Notes: generated by a model from the sequence alone, not told the origin. 64,000 nucleotides of DNA from Alphaproteobacteria bacterium (GCA_965205265.1 CBDBGH010000003.1:2368001-2432000); one strand, 5' to 3'. Counted from the stretch's first letter, positions 1 through 10,395 are shown. Program-made: numbers and translations.

Positions 1-435
1 ACGGTCTGGCAGGCGCTCAACGACCCCGAAGTGCTGAAGGCCGCGATTCCCGGCTGCCAGGAGCTGGAGAAAACTGCCGACAACGCCTTCGCCGCCACGG
101 TGCAGGCGAAGGTCGGGCCGGTGAAGGCGGTCTTCGCCGGCGCGGTGGAGCTGACCGACATCGTGGCGCCGGAACGCTACCGCATCTCCGGCGAGGGCAC
201 GGGCGGCGCGGCCGGCTTCGCGCGCGGCGGGGCGTGGGTCCGGCTTGCCGAGGACGGCGATGCCACGGTGCTCAGCTACGAGGCGGACGCGCAGGTGGGC
301 GGCAAGCTCGCCCAGATCGGCTCGCGCCTCATCCAGGGCACGGCGCGCAAGCTCGCCGGCCAGTTCTTCGACCGCTTCGCCGAAGCCGTCGGGCAGGACG
401 GCGCCGGGGGCGAAGAGGAAGCGGAGACGAGCTGA
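1..435 (+). CDS. coxG: CoxG/SRPBCC-family protein (carbon monoxide dehydrogenase subunit G-like), 5'-truncated by window edge
   Basis: Frame 1 is open from base 1 (TVWQALNDPEVLKAAIPGC...GGKLAQIGSRLI), which matches typical CoxG motifs. Confidence 0.8.
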   Translation, partial: TVWQALNDPEVLKAAIPGCQELEKTADNAFAATVQAKVGPVKAVFAGAVELTDIVAPERYRISGEGTGGAAGFARGGAWVRLAEDGDATVLSYEADAQVGGKLAQIGSRLIQGTARKLAGQFFDRFAEAVGQDGAGGEEEAETS

Positions 436-454
436 ACGCAGGCGCGGGCCACCC

Positions 455-1207
455 ATGTTCGATCCTGAGTCGGCCGCGCTGATCGCGGCGGTCTTTCTGC
501 TGGCGGGGGCGGTGAAGGGGGTGGTCGGGCTCGGGCTGCCGACGGTGAGCCTCGGCCTCCTGACGGCCGCCTTCGACCTCACCGCGGCCATGGCGCTGAT
601 GGTCGCGCCCTCCTTCGCCACCAACCTGCTGCAGGCGGTCGTAGGCGGCAACGGGCGGGCGCTCATCCGCCGGCTCTGGCCCTTCCTCGCTGCCGCCGCG
701 CTCACCGTGTGGATCGGCGCGGCCGCGCTGGTCAGCATCGACCTCGCGCTGCTCTCCGGCCTGCTCGGCCTGCTGCTCGCCGCCTATGCCGCGCAGGGGC
801 TGGCGGGCGCGGGCATCCGGGTGCCGGCCCGCTGGCAGGCTGTGGCCGGCCCCGTTTTCGGCACGGTGAACGGCGTGCTCACCGGCATGACCGGCTCCTT
901 CGTCGTGCCGGGCGTGCTCTACCTCCAGGCCATCGGCCTCGGGCGCGACGCGCTCGTGCAGGCGATGGGCATGCTGTTCACCGTCTCGACGGTGGCGCTC
1001 GCCGTCTCGCTGGAACGCCACGGCCTGCTCGACGGACCGCTCGGGCTGGCCTCGGCCGCCGCGCTGGTGCCGGCCTTTCTCGGCATGGGGCTCGGGCTGC
1101 TGCTTAGGCGGCGGCTTTCCGAGGCGCGCTTCCGGCGGGTGTTCTTCCTCGCCGTGCTGGCGCTCGGCCTCTACATCATGGCCAACGCCGCCTTCGGGCT
1201 CAGATAG
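455..1207 (+). CDS. Sulfite exporter TauE/SafE family membrane protein
   Basis: ATG at 455; hydrophobic protein with AGAVKGVVGLGLP and GVLTGMTGS motifs. Confidence 0.8.
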   Translation: MFDPESAALIAAVFLLAGAVKGVVGLGLPTVSLGLLTAAFDLTAAMALMVAPSFATNLLQAVVGGNGRALIRRLWPFLAAAALTVWIGAAALVSIDLALLSGLLGLLLAAYAAQGLAGAGIRVPARWQAVAGPVFGTVNGVLTGMTGSFVVPGVLYLQAIGLGRDALVQAMGMLFTVSTVALAVSLERHGLLDGPLGLASAAALVPAFLGMGLGLLLRRRLSEARFRRVFFLAVLALGLYIMANAAFGLR

Positions 1208-1274
1208 CGCTATCCGGCCCGTAGCGGCCCCTGCTACGCTCGGCGCCACCGCAGCCCAGGGAGCCGGAGCCCCC

Positions 1275-2513
1275 GTGTTCGACTATCTGGCGGAACGCGC
1301 CAACGCCAATCCGCATATCGCCCTGCAGCGCGGCTTCGGGCCGCTCGCGCTGGAGTTGCGCGCGGGCGGCGAGACGGCCTTCGTCACCATAGACGCAGGC
1401 GGTGTCCGCTTCGGGCCGCCTGCCTCCGGCGGCGCGGACCTCGTGATGAGCGCCGCCCCGGAAGCCTGGGCCGAGCTTCGCAAGGACGCGCCGGCTCCCG
1501 GCTTCCAGACCGTCGCCACCATGCGCCGCGCGCAGCATCTCATCGTGACGGGCGACATGGCGAAATTCCAGCGCCACCTGCTGCTGCTGGAAATGCTGTT
1601 CTCGCGCCTGGAGGACGGCAGGCCGGCGGCCCGTCCGCCTGCCGCATCGGCAGTGGAACCGGTGACCGGGCGCTATCTCCGGCTCGGCATCGGCGGGCGC
1701 GCGCACCGGCTCTATTTCGAGGAGGCGGGCGCGGGCGTGCCATTGCTCTGCCTGCACACCGCCGGCAGCGACGGGCGGCAATACCGCCATATCCTGAACG
1801 ACCCGGAGGTGACGGCGCGCTTCCGCGTCATCGCCTTCGACCTGCCCTGGCACGGCAAGTCCTCGCCGCCCGAGGGCTTCGGCAAGGAGGTGTACCGGCT
1901 AACCACCGATTCCTATGTCGAGACGGTGATGGCCGTCGCGGACGCGCTCGAACTGGAGCGGCCCGTCGCGATGGGCTGCTCCATCGGCGGCCGCGCCGTG
2001 CTGCATCTGGCGCTCCGGCACGGGCCCCGCTTCCGGGCGGCGATCGGGCTGCAATCGGCGCTCTACGCCGAGGACCGGAGCCTGGGCGACCGCGTGCCGG
2101 ACATGGCGCTCGCCCGCCCGGACATCCATGCGGGCATGGCGGCGGGCGCCTCGATGGCCGGCATGACCGCCCCCGGCTCGCCCGCCGCCGAGCGGTGGGA
2201 GACCATGTGGCACTACATGCAGGGCGGGCCGGGCGTCTTCGCCGGCGACCTGCACTACTATTTCGAGGACGGCGACCTCCGCAACGCCTGCGCGGCGGCG
2301 CTCGCGGCCTCGGACTGCCCGATCTACCTGCTGAGCGGCGAATACGACGTGTCGGCGACACCGGAGATGGGCCGCGAGCTTGCGGACCTCATCGGCGCGG
2401 CGCATTTCGAGGTGATGAAGGATGTCGGCCATTTCCCGATGTCCGAGAACCCGGAAGCCTTCCGCCGCTACCTCCTGCCCGTGCTCGACAGCATTCTCGC
2501 GCTGAAGCCGTGA
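1275..2513 (+). CDS. Alpha/beta-fold hydrolase with N-terminal extension
   Basis: CLHTAG, DLPWHGKS, nucleophile elbow GCSIGG, C-terminal GHFP. Confidence 0.8.
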   Translation: MFDYLAERANANPHIALQRGFGPLALELRAGGETAFVTIDAGGVRFGPPASGGADLVMSAAPEAWAELRKDAPAPGFQTVATMRRAQHLIVTGDMAKFQRHLLLLEMLFSRLEDGRPAARPPAASAVEPVTGRYLRLGIGGRAHRLYFEEAGAGVPLLCLHTAGSDGRQYRHILNDPEVTARFRVIAFDLPWHGKSSPPEGFGKEVYRLTTDSYVETVMAVADALELERPVAMGCSIGGRAVLHLALRHGPRFRAAIGLQSALYAEDRSLGDRVPDMALARPDIHAGMAAGASMAGMTAPGSPAAERWETMWHYMQGGPGVFAGDLHYYFEDGDLRNACAAALAASDCPIYLLSGEYDVSATPEMGRELADLIGAAHFEVMKDVGHFPMSENPEAFRRYLLPVLDSILALKP

Positions 2514-2590
2514 CCGAACGGCGGGTTCCGGGCTAAACTCCGGCCCGGAAGACATAATGGCGTGTCGGGGCATCCCGGCGAGGAGGAGTC

Positions 2591-3427
2591 ATGAACGCAT
2601 TCGCAACCGCTCTGGCCGAGGCCCCTCACGGGCTCGACCTCGCCTGGGACGCGACCGACCCGCGCGAAGTCCGGCGCCATATCCGCACCGGCGACTATCG
2701 CGGCCATACCGGCGCGCTCGCCAAGGGCTATGTGCAGGCCAATCTGGCGATCCTGCCGCAAGACTATGCCGACGAGTTCCTCCGGTTCTGCCACCGCAAC
2801 CCCAAGCCCTGTCCGCTGCTGGCCGTGTCCGAGCCGGGCGACCCCCGCCTGCCGGAGCTGGCGCAGGACCTCGACATCAGGACCGACCTTTCGAGCTACC
2901 GGGTGTTCCGGGACGGCGAATACGACGGCGATGTGGTGAGCATCGAGGACCTCTGGCGGGACGATTTCGTGGTCTTCGCGCTCGGCTGCTCCTTCTCCTT
3001 CGAGGAGCCGCTGGTGGATGCGGGCCTCCGGCTCCGCCACTGGGAGGACGGGAGCGTGTGCCCGATGTTCCTGACCGACATCGACTGCGCGCCCGCCGGC
3101 CGGTTCTCCGGCAAGATGGTCGTGTCCATGCGGCCCTTCACGCCGGCGGATGCGATCAAGGCCGTGCAGATCACCAGCCGCTATCCGCGCGTGCATGGCG
3201 CGCCGGTGCATCTCGGCATGCCGGAGCTCATCGGCATCGAGGATATCGGCCGGGCCTGGCAGGGCGACGACCCCAGGCTTGCCCCGGACCAGATGCCGGT
3301 CTTCTGGGCCTGCGGGGTGACGCCGCAGGTCGCGGTGCGGTCGGCCCGCCCGCCGCTCGCCATCACCCATACGCCCGCGCACATGCTGGTGACGGACCGG
3401 CGCAACGCCTCGCTCGCCGTGGGCTGA
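2591..3427 (+). CDS. Putative hydro-lyase (DUF1445 / D-glutamate cyclase-like)
   Basis: [29 protein letters not shown] and FWACGVTPQ motifs; AGGAGG RBS. Confidence 0.85.
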   Translation: MNAFATALAEAPHGLDLAWDATDPREVRRHIRTGDYRGHTGALAKGYVQANLAILPQDYADEFLRFCHRNPKPCPLLAVSEPGDPRLPELAQDLDIRTDLSSYRVFRDGEYDGDVVSIEDLWRDDFVVFALGCSFSFEEPLVDAGLRLRHWEDGSVCPMFLTDIDCAPAGRFSGKMVVSMRPFTPADAIKAVQITSRYPRVHGAPVHLGMPELIGIEDIGRAWQGDDPRLAPDQMPVFWACGVTPQVAVRSARPPLAITHTPAHMLVTDRRNASLAVG

Positions 3428-3446
3428 CCGCGCCGGAGAGCGTCCC

Positions 3447-4619
3447 ATGCGCCCCAACGCGCTCCCGCCGTTCGATTTCGGCCTGGGCGAGGATGTCGAT
3501 CTGCTGCGCGCCTCGGTGGAGACCTTCGCGGCGGACGAGATCGCGCCCCGCGCCGACGCCATCGACCGGTCCAACGAGTTCCCGCGCGAGCTCTGGCCGG
3601 AAATGGGCGCGCTCGGCCTGCACGGTATCACCGTGGAGGAGGAGTTCGGCGGCGCGGAGATGGGCTACACCGCCCATGTGGTGGCGATGGAGGAGGTCAG
3701 CCGCGCCTCCGGCGCGGTCGGCCTCTCTTACGGGGCGCATTCCAATCTCTGCGTCAACCAGATCCGCCGCAACGGCACCGAGGCGCAGAAGCGCCGCTAC
3801 CTGCCGAAGCTGATCTCCGGCGAGCATGTCGGCGCGCTCTCCATGAGCGAGCCGGGCGCGGGCTCCGATGTGGTCGCCATGTCCTGCCGGGCGGACAGGC
3901 GCGGCTCCCGATATGTGCTGAACGGCACCAAGATGTGGTGCACCAACGGCCCGGACGCCGATGTGCTGGTCGTCTATGCCAGGACCGCGCCGGACGCCGG
4001 CCCGCACGGCATCTCCGCCTTCCTCGTCGAGAGCGGCTTCCGGGGCTTCCGGCCGGGGCAGAAGCTCGACAAGCTCGGCATGCGCGGCTCCGGCACCAGC
4101 GAGCTCGTCTTCGAGGATTGCGAGGTGCCGGAGGAGAACCTGCTCGGCCGCGAGAACGAGGGCGTGGCCGTGCTGATGAGCGGCCTCGACTACGAGCGCC
4201 TGGTGCTCGCCGGCGGGCCGCTCGGCCTCATGCAGGCGGCGATGGATGCGGCCGTGCCCTATCTGCACGAGCGCCGGCAGTTCGGCCAGCCCATCGGCTC
4301 CTTCCAGCTCATGCAGGGCAAGCTGGCCGACATGTATGTGACCATGAACGCCTGCCGGGCCTATGTGTATGCCGTGGCGCAGGCCTGCGACCGGGGCGAC
4401 ACGACCCGCAAGGACGCCGCCGGCGCCATCCTCTACGCCGCGGAGAAGGCGACCTGGCTGGCGCTTGAGGCGGTCCAGTGCCTGGGCGGCATGGGCTATG
4501 TCAACGAAAGCCCCGTCGGGCGCGTGGTCCGCGACGCCAAGCTCTACGAGATCGGTGCCGGCACCAGCGAAATCCGCCGCTGGCTCATCGGCCGCGAGCT
4601 CATGCAGGAGACGGGGTAG
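3447..4619 (+). CDS. ivd: Isovaleryl-CoA dehydrogenase (acyl-CoA dehydrogenase)
   Basis: [39 protein letters not shown]. Confidence 0.9.
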   Translation: MRPNALPPFDFGLGEDVDLLRASVETFAADEIAPRADAIDRSNEFPRELWPEMGALGLHGITVEEEFGGAEMGYTAHVVAMEEVSRASGAVGLSYGAHSNLCVNQIRRNGTEAQKRRYLPKLISGEHVGALSMSEPGAGSDVVAMSCRADRRGSRYVLNGTKMWCTNGPDADVLVVYARTAPDAGPHGISAFLVESGFRGFRPGQKLDKLGMRGSGTSELVFEDCEVPEENLLGRENEGVAVLMSGLDYERLVLAGGPLGLMQAAMDAAVPYLHERRQFGQPIGSFQLMQGKLADMYVTMNACRAYVYAVAQACDRGDTTRKDAAGAILYAAEKATWLALEAVQCLGGMGYVNESPVGRVVRDAKLYEIGAGTSEIRRWLIGRELMQETG

Positions 4620-4628
4620 CCGCCCGCC

Positions 4629-5774
4629 ATGCCCGCCATCCCGTCCGCGCTCGACATCGCCAGGGACCTTGTGCGTATGGACACGCGCAACCCGCCCGGA
4701 CGGGAAGCCGAATGCGCGCATTATCTGGGCGACATGCTCGCCGGCGCGGGTCTCGACGTCTCCTATCACGACTTCGCTCCCGGGCGGACGAGCCTCGTCG
4801 CCGTGCTGCGGGGCGGGGACGGCGGACAGGCCGGGAAGAAGAAGCCGCTCTGCTTCGGCGGGCATATCGACGTGGTGCCGCTCGGCGCGAAGGAGTGGTC
4901 GGTCGATCCCTTCGGCGCCGAGATCGTGGACGGCAGGCTCTACGGACGCGGCTCGACCGACATGAAGTCCGGCGTCGCCGCCTTCGTCCACGCCGCGATG
5001 AAGCTCGCGGCCGACGAAAAGCAGGGAAATGCGGACATCGTGCTCGCGATCTGCGCCGGGGAGGAGACCGGCTGCGAAGGCTCCTCCCATCTCGGAAGGA
5101 TCGGCGCGCTCGGCGGGATGGGCGCCATCGTCGTTGCGGAGCCGACGGCGAACTACCCGATCCTCGGCCACAAGGGTGCGCTCTGGCTCAGGGTGGAGAC
5201 GGAAGGCGTCACCGCCCACGGCTCGATGCCGGAGCAGGGCGTAAACGCCATCTACAGGGCGGCGCGCGCGGTGACGAAGCTGGAGGATTTCGACTTCAAT
5301 GCGAAGCCGCACGAACTGCTGGGCCGCGCGACCCTCAATGTCGGCACGATGGAGGGCGGGCAGAACCTCAACTCGGTGCCGGACCGCGCCGCCTTCACCG
5401 TCGATATCCGCACCCTGCCGGGCCAGGACCATGACAGGATCGTCTCCGGCCTGGAGGGCTATCTCGGCGGGGAGAGCCGGATCGCGCGGATCGTCGATGT
5501 GGGCGGCGTCCATACCCCGCACACCCACCCGTGGATCCGGGAGGTCTGGCGGCTGATGGCGCCGATGCTGGGCGAGAGCATCGAGCCGCGCGGCGCGCCC
5601 TATTTCACCGACGCCTCCGCGCTGACGCCGGCCTGCGGCGGCCCGCCGACCGTGATCCTCGGGCCGGGCGAGATGCACATGGCCCACCAGACCGACGAAT
5701 ACTGCCCCGTGGCGCATATCGCACAGGCGGCGGAAGCTTATGAGGCCCTGGCCCGCCGCTGGCGCGACTGCTGA
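4629..5774 (+). CDS. M20 metallopeptidase (ArgE/DapE family)
   Basis: GHIDVVP, GRGSTDMK, GEE, EPT and AHQTDE metal-binding motifs. Confidence 0.9.
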   Translation: MPAIPSALDIARDLVRMDTRNPPGREAECAHYLGDMLAGAGLDVSYHDFAPGRTSLVAVLRGGDGGQAGKKKPLCFGGHIDVVPLGAKEWSVDPFGAEIVDGRLYGRGSTDMKSGVAAFVHAAMKLAADEKQGNADIVLAICAGEETGCEGSSHLGRIGALGGMGAIVVAEPTANYPILGHKGALWLRVETEGVTAHGSMPEQGVNAIYRAARAVTKLEDFDFNAKPHELLGRATLNVGTMEGGQNLNSVPDRAAFTVDIRTLPGQDHDRIVSGLEGYLGGESRIARIVDVGGVHTPHTHPWIREVWRLMAPMLGESIEPRGAPYFTDASALTPACGGPPTVILGPGEMHMAHQTDEYCPVAHIAQAAEAYEALARRWRDC

Positions 5775-5891
5775 GGGGGGCGCGCCCCTTTCGTCGCCCC
5801 GGCCTCCGGACCTACCGGATTCACACATCCCCGTGTGGTGACGTTGCCTTGCATATCCTAACCGTCGCCCCGGTTCTCGCAGCCCCCCCTT

Positions 5892-5979
5892 CGTCATACC
5901 CGGACTTGTTCCGGGTATCCATGCGGCCGTCCGGCGGCAGCGGTGGCGGGAGATACCCGGAACAAGTCCGGGTATGACG
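5892..5979. repeat. Palindromic element with a 28-bp perfect inverted repeat (RPE/REP-like)
   Basis: CGTCATACCCGGACTTGTTCCGGGTATC (5892-5919) is the exact reverse complement of 5952-5979; each arm is also internally palindromic. Confidence 0.85.
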
Positions 5980-6433
5980 GGGAGAGGGCATGATGGGAAA
6001 GGGTCGGGCCGCCGGTTACGGACCGAAACGAGATGTGTGGTAAAAAACAGACGATTTTTCCGCTTTTACCATACCTGATATGGTTGCTATGGACTCCCAT
6101 TTCTTCTCCATGGATACAATCGGTTATCATGCATGTCAAGCATAGATTCTATGGATATTTGACCATAGCATCGAGATTAGAGCTTCAAAGAAATGTTGCA
6201 CCCGTGTGTTGAACCCGATGCACGAAATCGGGGACAAGGACAGGCTGAGTGGAATGAGCATGAAAGCAGCTTACGGTTGCCGATACAATCATGTTATATG
6301 GATAATGGTGTGGAATTGCCGGCGTCCAGGCGATTTCGATGGGGCATATGGGTGAAGCTACTCTGCTGGTGAAGCCAATGCCCCGTTCCATATGGACAGC
6401 GACGACCGGCGCAACCGCTAGGGAGGCGGAAGA

Positions 6434-6628
6434 ATGGCAATAGGGCCCCGGGGAGAGAAGCGCAGACGGCGCTGCGTGATGGCGACCGATTCCGAGTGGA
6501 CGATGATCGGCGAAGATGCCGAGGCGGAGGGGCTGTCGGTCTCCGAATATATCGTGCGGGCAGTGCTCGAATGGCGGGAGACGGTTGGCGCGATGCGCGC
6601 CGGGAGCGAATGGGGTTCAGCCGGATGA
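6434..6628 (+). CDS. Small ribbon-helix-helix (MobC-like) protein
   Basis: TDSEWTMIGEDAEAEGLSVSEYIVRAVL fits an RHH pattern; GGAGG RBS. Confidence 0.6.
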   Translation: MAIGPRGEKRRRRCVMATDSEWTMIGEDAEAEGLSVSEYIVRAVLEWRETVGAMRAGSEWGSAG

Positions 6629-6957
6629 AGCTTTCGAAGCAGCGCTGCATCTACTGCCGGCCGGAGGTGTGGGAGCGCATCCGCAGGCGGGCCAGGAAGT
6701 GGAAGCTGCCGATCTCGCGCTTCGGCTATCTGTGCTGCCGGCGGGCGGCGGGGGAAGGCGAGGGTGAGGCCCCGAAGCCGTCCGGGTATACCCTTGTGCT
6801 GACGGAGGACCGGCAGCGCCGTCTTGGCGAGGACGCCCTGTCCGTCTCGCAGTCCAGCCGGTTCGTCTTTCGCGCCCCGGGAGGCGGAAAGGCGGTCGTC
6901 TCGGTCGGGGAGGCGGCCGGCATTCTGCTTTTCGCCGAAGAGGAACGGTTCTCGTGA
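6625..6957 (+). CDS. RHH-like hypothetical protein
   Basis: ATGA overlap with previous gene; IYCRPEVWERIRRRARKWKLPISRF resembles an RHH N-terminus. Confidence 0.5.
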   Translation: MKLSKQRCIYCRPEVWERIRRRARKWKLPISRFGYLCCRRAAGEGEGEAPKPSGYTLVLTEDRQRRLGEDALSVSQSSRFVFRAPGGGKAVVSVGEAAGILLFAEEERFS

Positions 6958-7493
6958 CCAAGCCGCGCAAGCGCAAGTCCGGCATGAACCATACGGTCTC
7001 CCTGACCGACCAGGATTGGGAGCACATCGGAGCCTGGGCCGCCGGGCGCGGCAAGCGGGCGGGACCCTGGTTCTGCGAATGCGCGCTCAATGTGGACCCG
7101 TTCCCGGAGCAGGTGTCCGCTCGGCCTCTGGTGCTGGACGCAGAGGGGCAGCGCGGCCTCTCCCGAGCCATGGCGGCTGCTGCCGGCGACATGCACGCCG
7201 GCGGCGAGGTGTCCGCCGATCTGGCCGGCGCGATGCGCGCGCTGCTGGAAATGCGCCTCAGGGCGATGGCAGGCGACGGTCGGCGCGGGCAGGCGGTCGA
7301 ACTGCTTCGCCGGGTGCTTGGCGACGAACGCGCCGCCATCGTCGCGGCGGCGGTTCTGCCGGAGACGGAGGAAACGCCGGAATCGCCGGACAGGCCGGCG
7401 GGGCCGGAGTCCGGCAAAGGCCGTGCCGGGACGGGGGCGCCGCAAGCGGACCTGTTCAAGGAGAATGCGGACGATCCGGCCGGCGGCGCTTGA
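6954..7493 (+). CDS. RHH-like hypothetical protein
   Basis: GTGA overlap with previous gene; TVSLTDQDWEHIGAWAAGRGKRAGPWF pattern. Confidence 0.5.
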   Translation: MTKPRKRKSGMNHTVSLTDQDWEHIGAWAAGRGKRAGPWFCECALNVDPFPEQVSARPLVLDAEGQRGLSRAMAAAAGDMHAGGEVSADLAGAMRALLEMRLRAMAGDGRRGQAVELLRRVLGDERAAIVAAAVLPETEETPESPDRPAGPESGKGRAGTGAPQADLFKENADDPAGGA

Positions 7494-7658
7494 CGCCGCG
7501 ACCGTCGATGCGCGAAATGAATTGGTGCGCCCAAGGGGCCATTGCCCCAAGAATTGCAACATCCCAATGGATTGGAAACCGACATTGCGTATTCCCGAAC
7601 CCTTCGATGCAGGTCCGTTGCGGCGTCACGGCGACCGGCAGGCCGGCCCCCGACCGGG

Positions 7659-7994
7659 ATGAGGTCTAATGTGGCAGCCCTTCTGGCGGTAGGGGTAATC
7701 TCGCTCACAGGGTGCAAGACGGTTGTTCCCCTTGCGATTGTTGACCTTCAAACCGACAAGGTGGTCATTCAGGCGGGTGAAGACGAATCTGCCGCGGCGG
7801 TCGCCGACAAGGCCCGGGAAGGATGCTCTATTCACGGGCGAGTCCCTCTCTACCTGAGCGAGAGGAAACAGTGTGGCAGCACGATGTGCTTCACAGGCGC
7901 ATCGTATGTGGTGGGGAACCAGGTTATGGGTGGGAATACGTTCTGCGGACCGGCAGACTGCGCAATGCACCACCTGTTCGCCTGCGTCCGATAA
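7659..7994 (+). CDS. Small Cys-rich lipoprotein, hypothetical
   Basis: Signal peptide MRSNVAALLAVGVISLTG-C (lipobox) followed by six further Cys. Confidence 0.55.
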   Translation: MRSNVAALLAVGVISLTGCKTVVPLAIVDLQTDKVVIQAGEDESAAAVADKAREGCSIHGRVPLYLSERKQCGSTMCFTGASYVVGNQVMGGNTFCGPADCAMHHLFACVR

Positions 7995-8000
7995 CGACCG

Positions 8001-8210
8001 GTGGGATGGATAGCGGCGCTATACGCTTTCTTGGCCCGCCGGGAACTGAAGCGGACAAGAAAAGCGACTGAGGAGATCGTCGCTCGGCTGAGGCCGAAAG
8101 AGGAACCCAAGTCGCTCAAAGAGATGCTGCATGAGTTGCTGGCCGCTATCGTGGTCCTGCTCATCATTGTCGGCATCTTCTACTACTACGGCGATTTTTC
8201 GGACTGGTAG
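8001..8210 (+). CDS. Small membrane protein, hypothetical
   Basis: C-terminal hydrophobic helix LLAAIVVLLIIVGIFYYY. Confidence 0.4.
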   Translation: MGWIAALYAFLARRELKRTRKATEEIVARLRPKEEPKSLKEMLHELLAAIVVLLIIVGIFYYYGDFSDW

Positions 8211-8214
8211 GGCC

Positions 8215-8499
8215 ATGAAGCTACAGGAGAACGCCCGGCGAGGACGGCTTACAGGCACGCCGGACTGCGGCAACCCGGACATTCGGCGGGTCCACGACCA
8301 TTTCAGCAAGCGCGGCTGCGAATTCGGCAGCAGCAAGCGCGGGGAAATTACCGTCCGCACCGAAGACGGCTGCTTCACCGTCTATGTCAGTCGACGGTCG
8401 AACGGGCGATGGCGTGTGAAACGGCGGGCTTCGAATCTGGACGAGGATTTCGCTTCTTTCGACGACATGGCAGCAGCGATGCACGGCTGGGGATTTTAG
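8215..8499 (+). CDS. Hypothetical protein
   Basis: ATG 5 nt after the previous stop; no recognised motif. Confidence 0.35.
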   Translation: MKLQENARRGRLTGTPDCGNPDIRRVHDHFSKRGCEFGSSKRGEITVRTEDGCFTVYVSRRSNGRWRVKRRASNLDEDFASFDDMAAAMHGWGF

Positions 8500-8643
8500 C
8501 GCGTCTCGGCACTTTCCTGCATAATCCCCAACGCATTCCGGAACTGCATTCGTTGAAGACCGGCCGAATCGCGGCGCGCTGTCTGTCCCCGGTTGCGGGA
8601 TCGGGCCCGGCTCGCCCGTCATCGACAGGGTAGGCGGGCGGGA

Positions 8644-10065
8644 TCATTCGCCGGCCGGCGGGCTCCAGCGCCAGACGAGGTCATTGGCGATGTCCTGCGC
8701 GATTCGTTCGCCCTGGCGCTCGATATCGTTGAAGCGCGAGTCGAACTCCGCCGCCTTCATGCGGAACACGCGCCCGATCCTGTGCATGCGGGTGTGCATC
8801 TTCGCCTTCCTGCCCTCGTATCCGGGGTCGCCCAACCCCATGACCTCGACGACGTAGCGCGCTGTGGCGCCGTCGTCCGGAACGCCGGGTTCGCCGTCGG
8901 CTGTTGCAGCCGGCAGGGTGACGGTGAGGACGAAGTCGGGCAGGCAGGGGCCGAGCGCCGTTTCGTAGTTCGTCAGCGGCTTCTCCAGCTGGAGCCGGAC
9001 ACCGGCCCCGAGCGCCCGGCGCAGCGCCATGTCGTCCTCCAGGCAGGCGGCCAGGCGGCGGAGCGTTTTGAAGGCGCGCCGTTCCTGCCCGGAGTCGACC
9101 GGGACCGGCCATTCCGGCGCCACGATCGGCTGGGCCCAGGCGGCGAGGCATTCCCACGGCCCGTCGTCCTCAGGCCGCGCCACGATGCCGAGGAACAGCC
9201 AGGGGCCCGGCACCCTGTTGAGGAACACCTTCGGGCTCATCACGCCCGCCGTGACCTCGACATGGCCCTCCTGCGGGTTCGCCGGGTTGATTTCGCCGTC
9301 GCTCAGGTCGTGGGCAAGCCAGCAGAGCATGGCGTAGGGCTTCCTGCCCTTCTGCCAGCCCGGTTCGGCCTCCTCCAGCCGTTCCGCGACCTCGCCGTCC
9401 GCCCAGCTTGCCGGGTCGGTGAACAGGAACTCGGAAGCCGGCACGTCGTCCGCGATGAAGAACTGCTCGGCCGCGCGCAGGATTTCCGGCAGCCACTCCG
9501 CAGGCGACGAAAACCGTCCGGCGCCGTCGAGCGTGTTCAGCCGCGCGGTCTGCATCAGCGTGCGCAGCATGTTGGCGGCGGTCCTGTGCCGCGAGCCTGC
9601 AGGCAGCCCTGTGAACGCGCGCGGCGTGACCGTCTCCATCGGTCCGTCGGCCCTGGATTTCTTCCGGGCTGGCGCGAACGGGTCGAAGGTATAGTCGTGG
9701 GCGGGCTGCGGCACCCAGCGGCGCGGGGCGGGGCTATCCTCCTCGTCCCCGGTGAGCGCGAAGACGCAGTCCCCGGCATGCGGCAGCGACGCGCCCGGGC
9801 GATTGCTGAGAAACATCCGCTCCGGCGTGTCCACGCGCGGAACGATCACGGGTCCCCTGCCGTCCTCGAACCGGCAGTCGCACATGAACCAGCAGCCGCT
9901 GTCGCGCGCGTGGCCGACGGTGTGCAGATAGAGGGCGCGCATGTCCTCATCGGCCTCGCCGCCGCCCTTTACCGCCCGGAGCGCGGCCTCCTCCTCCGGC
10001 TCCAGCGCCTGGACCCAGTCGTATTCGTCTTCCCCGTCCAGTTTCTCGACGATCCAGAGAACCAC
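8644..10065 (-). CDS. DUF1173-like protein with Cys/His cluster and possible PD-(D/E)xK-type C-terminal domain
   Basis: CDC...HAGDC; C-terminal PDFVL...VVEVMG...Y..RK. Confidence 0.55.
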   Translation of the reverse strand: MVLWIVEKLDGEDEYDWVQALEPEEEAALRAVKGGGEADEDMRALYLHTVGHARDSGCWFMCDCRFEDGRGPVIVPRVDTPERMFLSNRPGASLPHAGDCVFALTGDEEDSPAPRRWVPQPAHDYTFDPFAPARKKSRADGPMETVTPRAFTGLPAGSRHRTAANMLRTLMQTARLNTLDGAGRFSSPAEWLPEILRAAEQFFIADDVPASEFLFTDPASWADGEVAERLEEAEPGWQKGRKPYAMLCWLAHDLSDGEINPANPQEGHVEVTAGVMSPKVFLNRVPGPWLFLGIVARPEDDGPWECLAAWAQPIVAPEWPVPVDSGQERRAFKTLRRLAACLEDDMALRRALGAGVRLQLEKPLTNYETALGPCLPDFVLTVTLPAATADGEPGVPDDGATARYVVEVMGLGDPGYEGRKAKMHTRMHRIGRVFRMKAAEFDSRFNDIERQGERIAQDIANDLVWRWSPPAGE

Positions 10066-10113
10066 GGCCTCACCGCCGATCCATTCGAGGCCGCCGGGCG
10101 GATGGAAGCACCG

Positions 10114-10395
10114 TCATGCGGGTTGCCCGAACGGCGAGGGACGGCGCGGCAGGCCGTAACGGATGACCAGGCCGGGTCCCGCTCCGCCGGGCGGCGTATA
10201 CAGGACCTCGCAGTCACCCTCGGTCGTCTCGACCCACATCACGCCCGAGCAGACGGGATGCCGGTTGCCGTCCGGGCTCACCCGGTCGTGCAGCTCTCCG
10301 CAGCGTATCTCGACCTCGGACCTGCCCGCTTCCGCTTCCCATTCGAAGCGCGCCAGCAAGGCGTCGCGGAACCGGCCCGTCCAAATGCCTGCCAT
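10114..10395 (-). CDS. Conserved-looking small hypothetical protein
   Basis: GELHDRV...RHPVCSGVM...PPGGAGPGLVIRYGLPR; GGAG RBS upstream of ATG 10395. Confidence 0.55.
   Translation of the reverse strand: MAGIWTGRFRDALLARFEWEAEAGRSEVEIRCGELHDRVSPDGNRHPVCSGVMWVETTEGDCEVLYTPPGGAGPGLVIRYGLPRRPSPFGQPA

Noticed and set aside
3363-5897. Long antisense or alternate-frame ORFs (e.g. 3363-5897, 8593-11178, 12294-14441, 39280-41712, 43321-45840, 62614-63972)
   Set aside because: Shadow ORFs of well-supported genes in high-GC DNA; Arg/Pro/Ala-rich with no motifs
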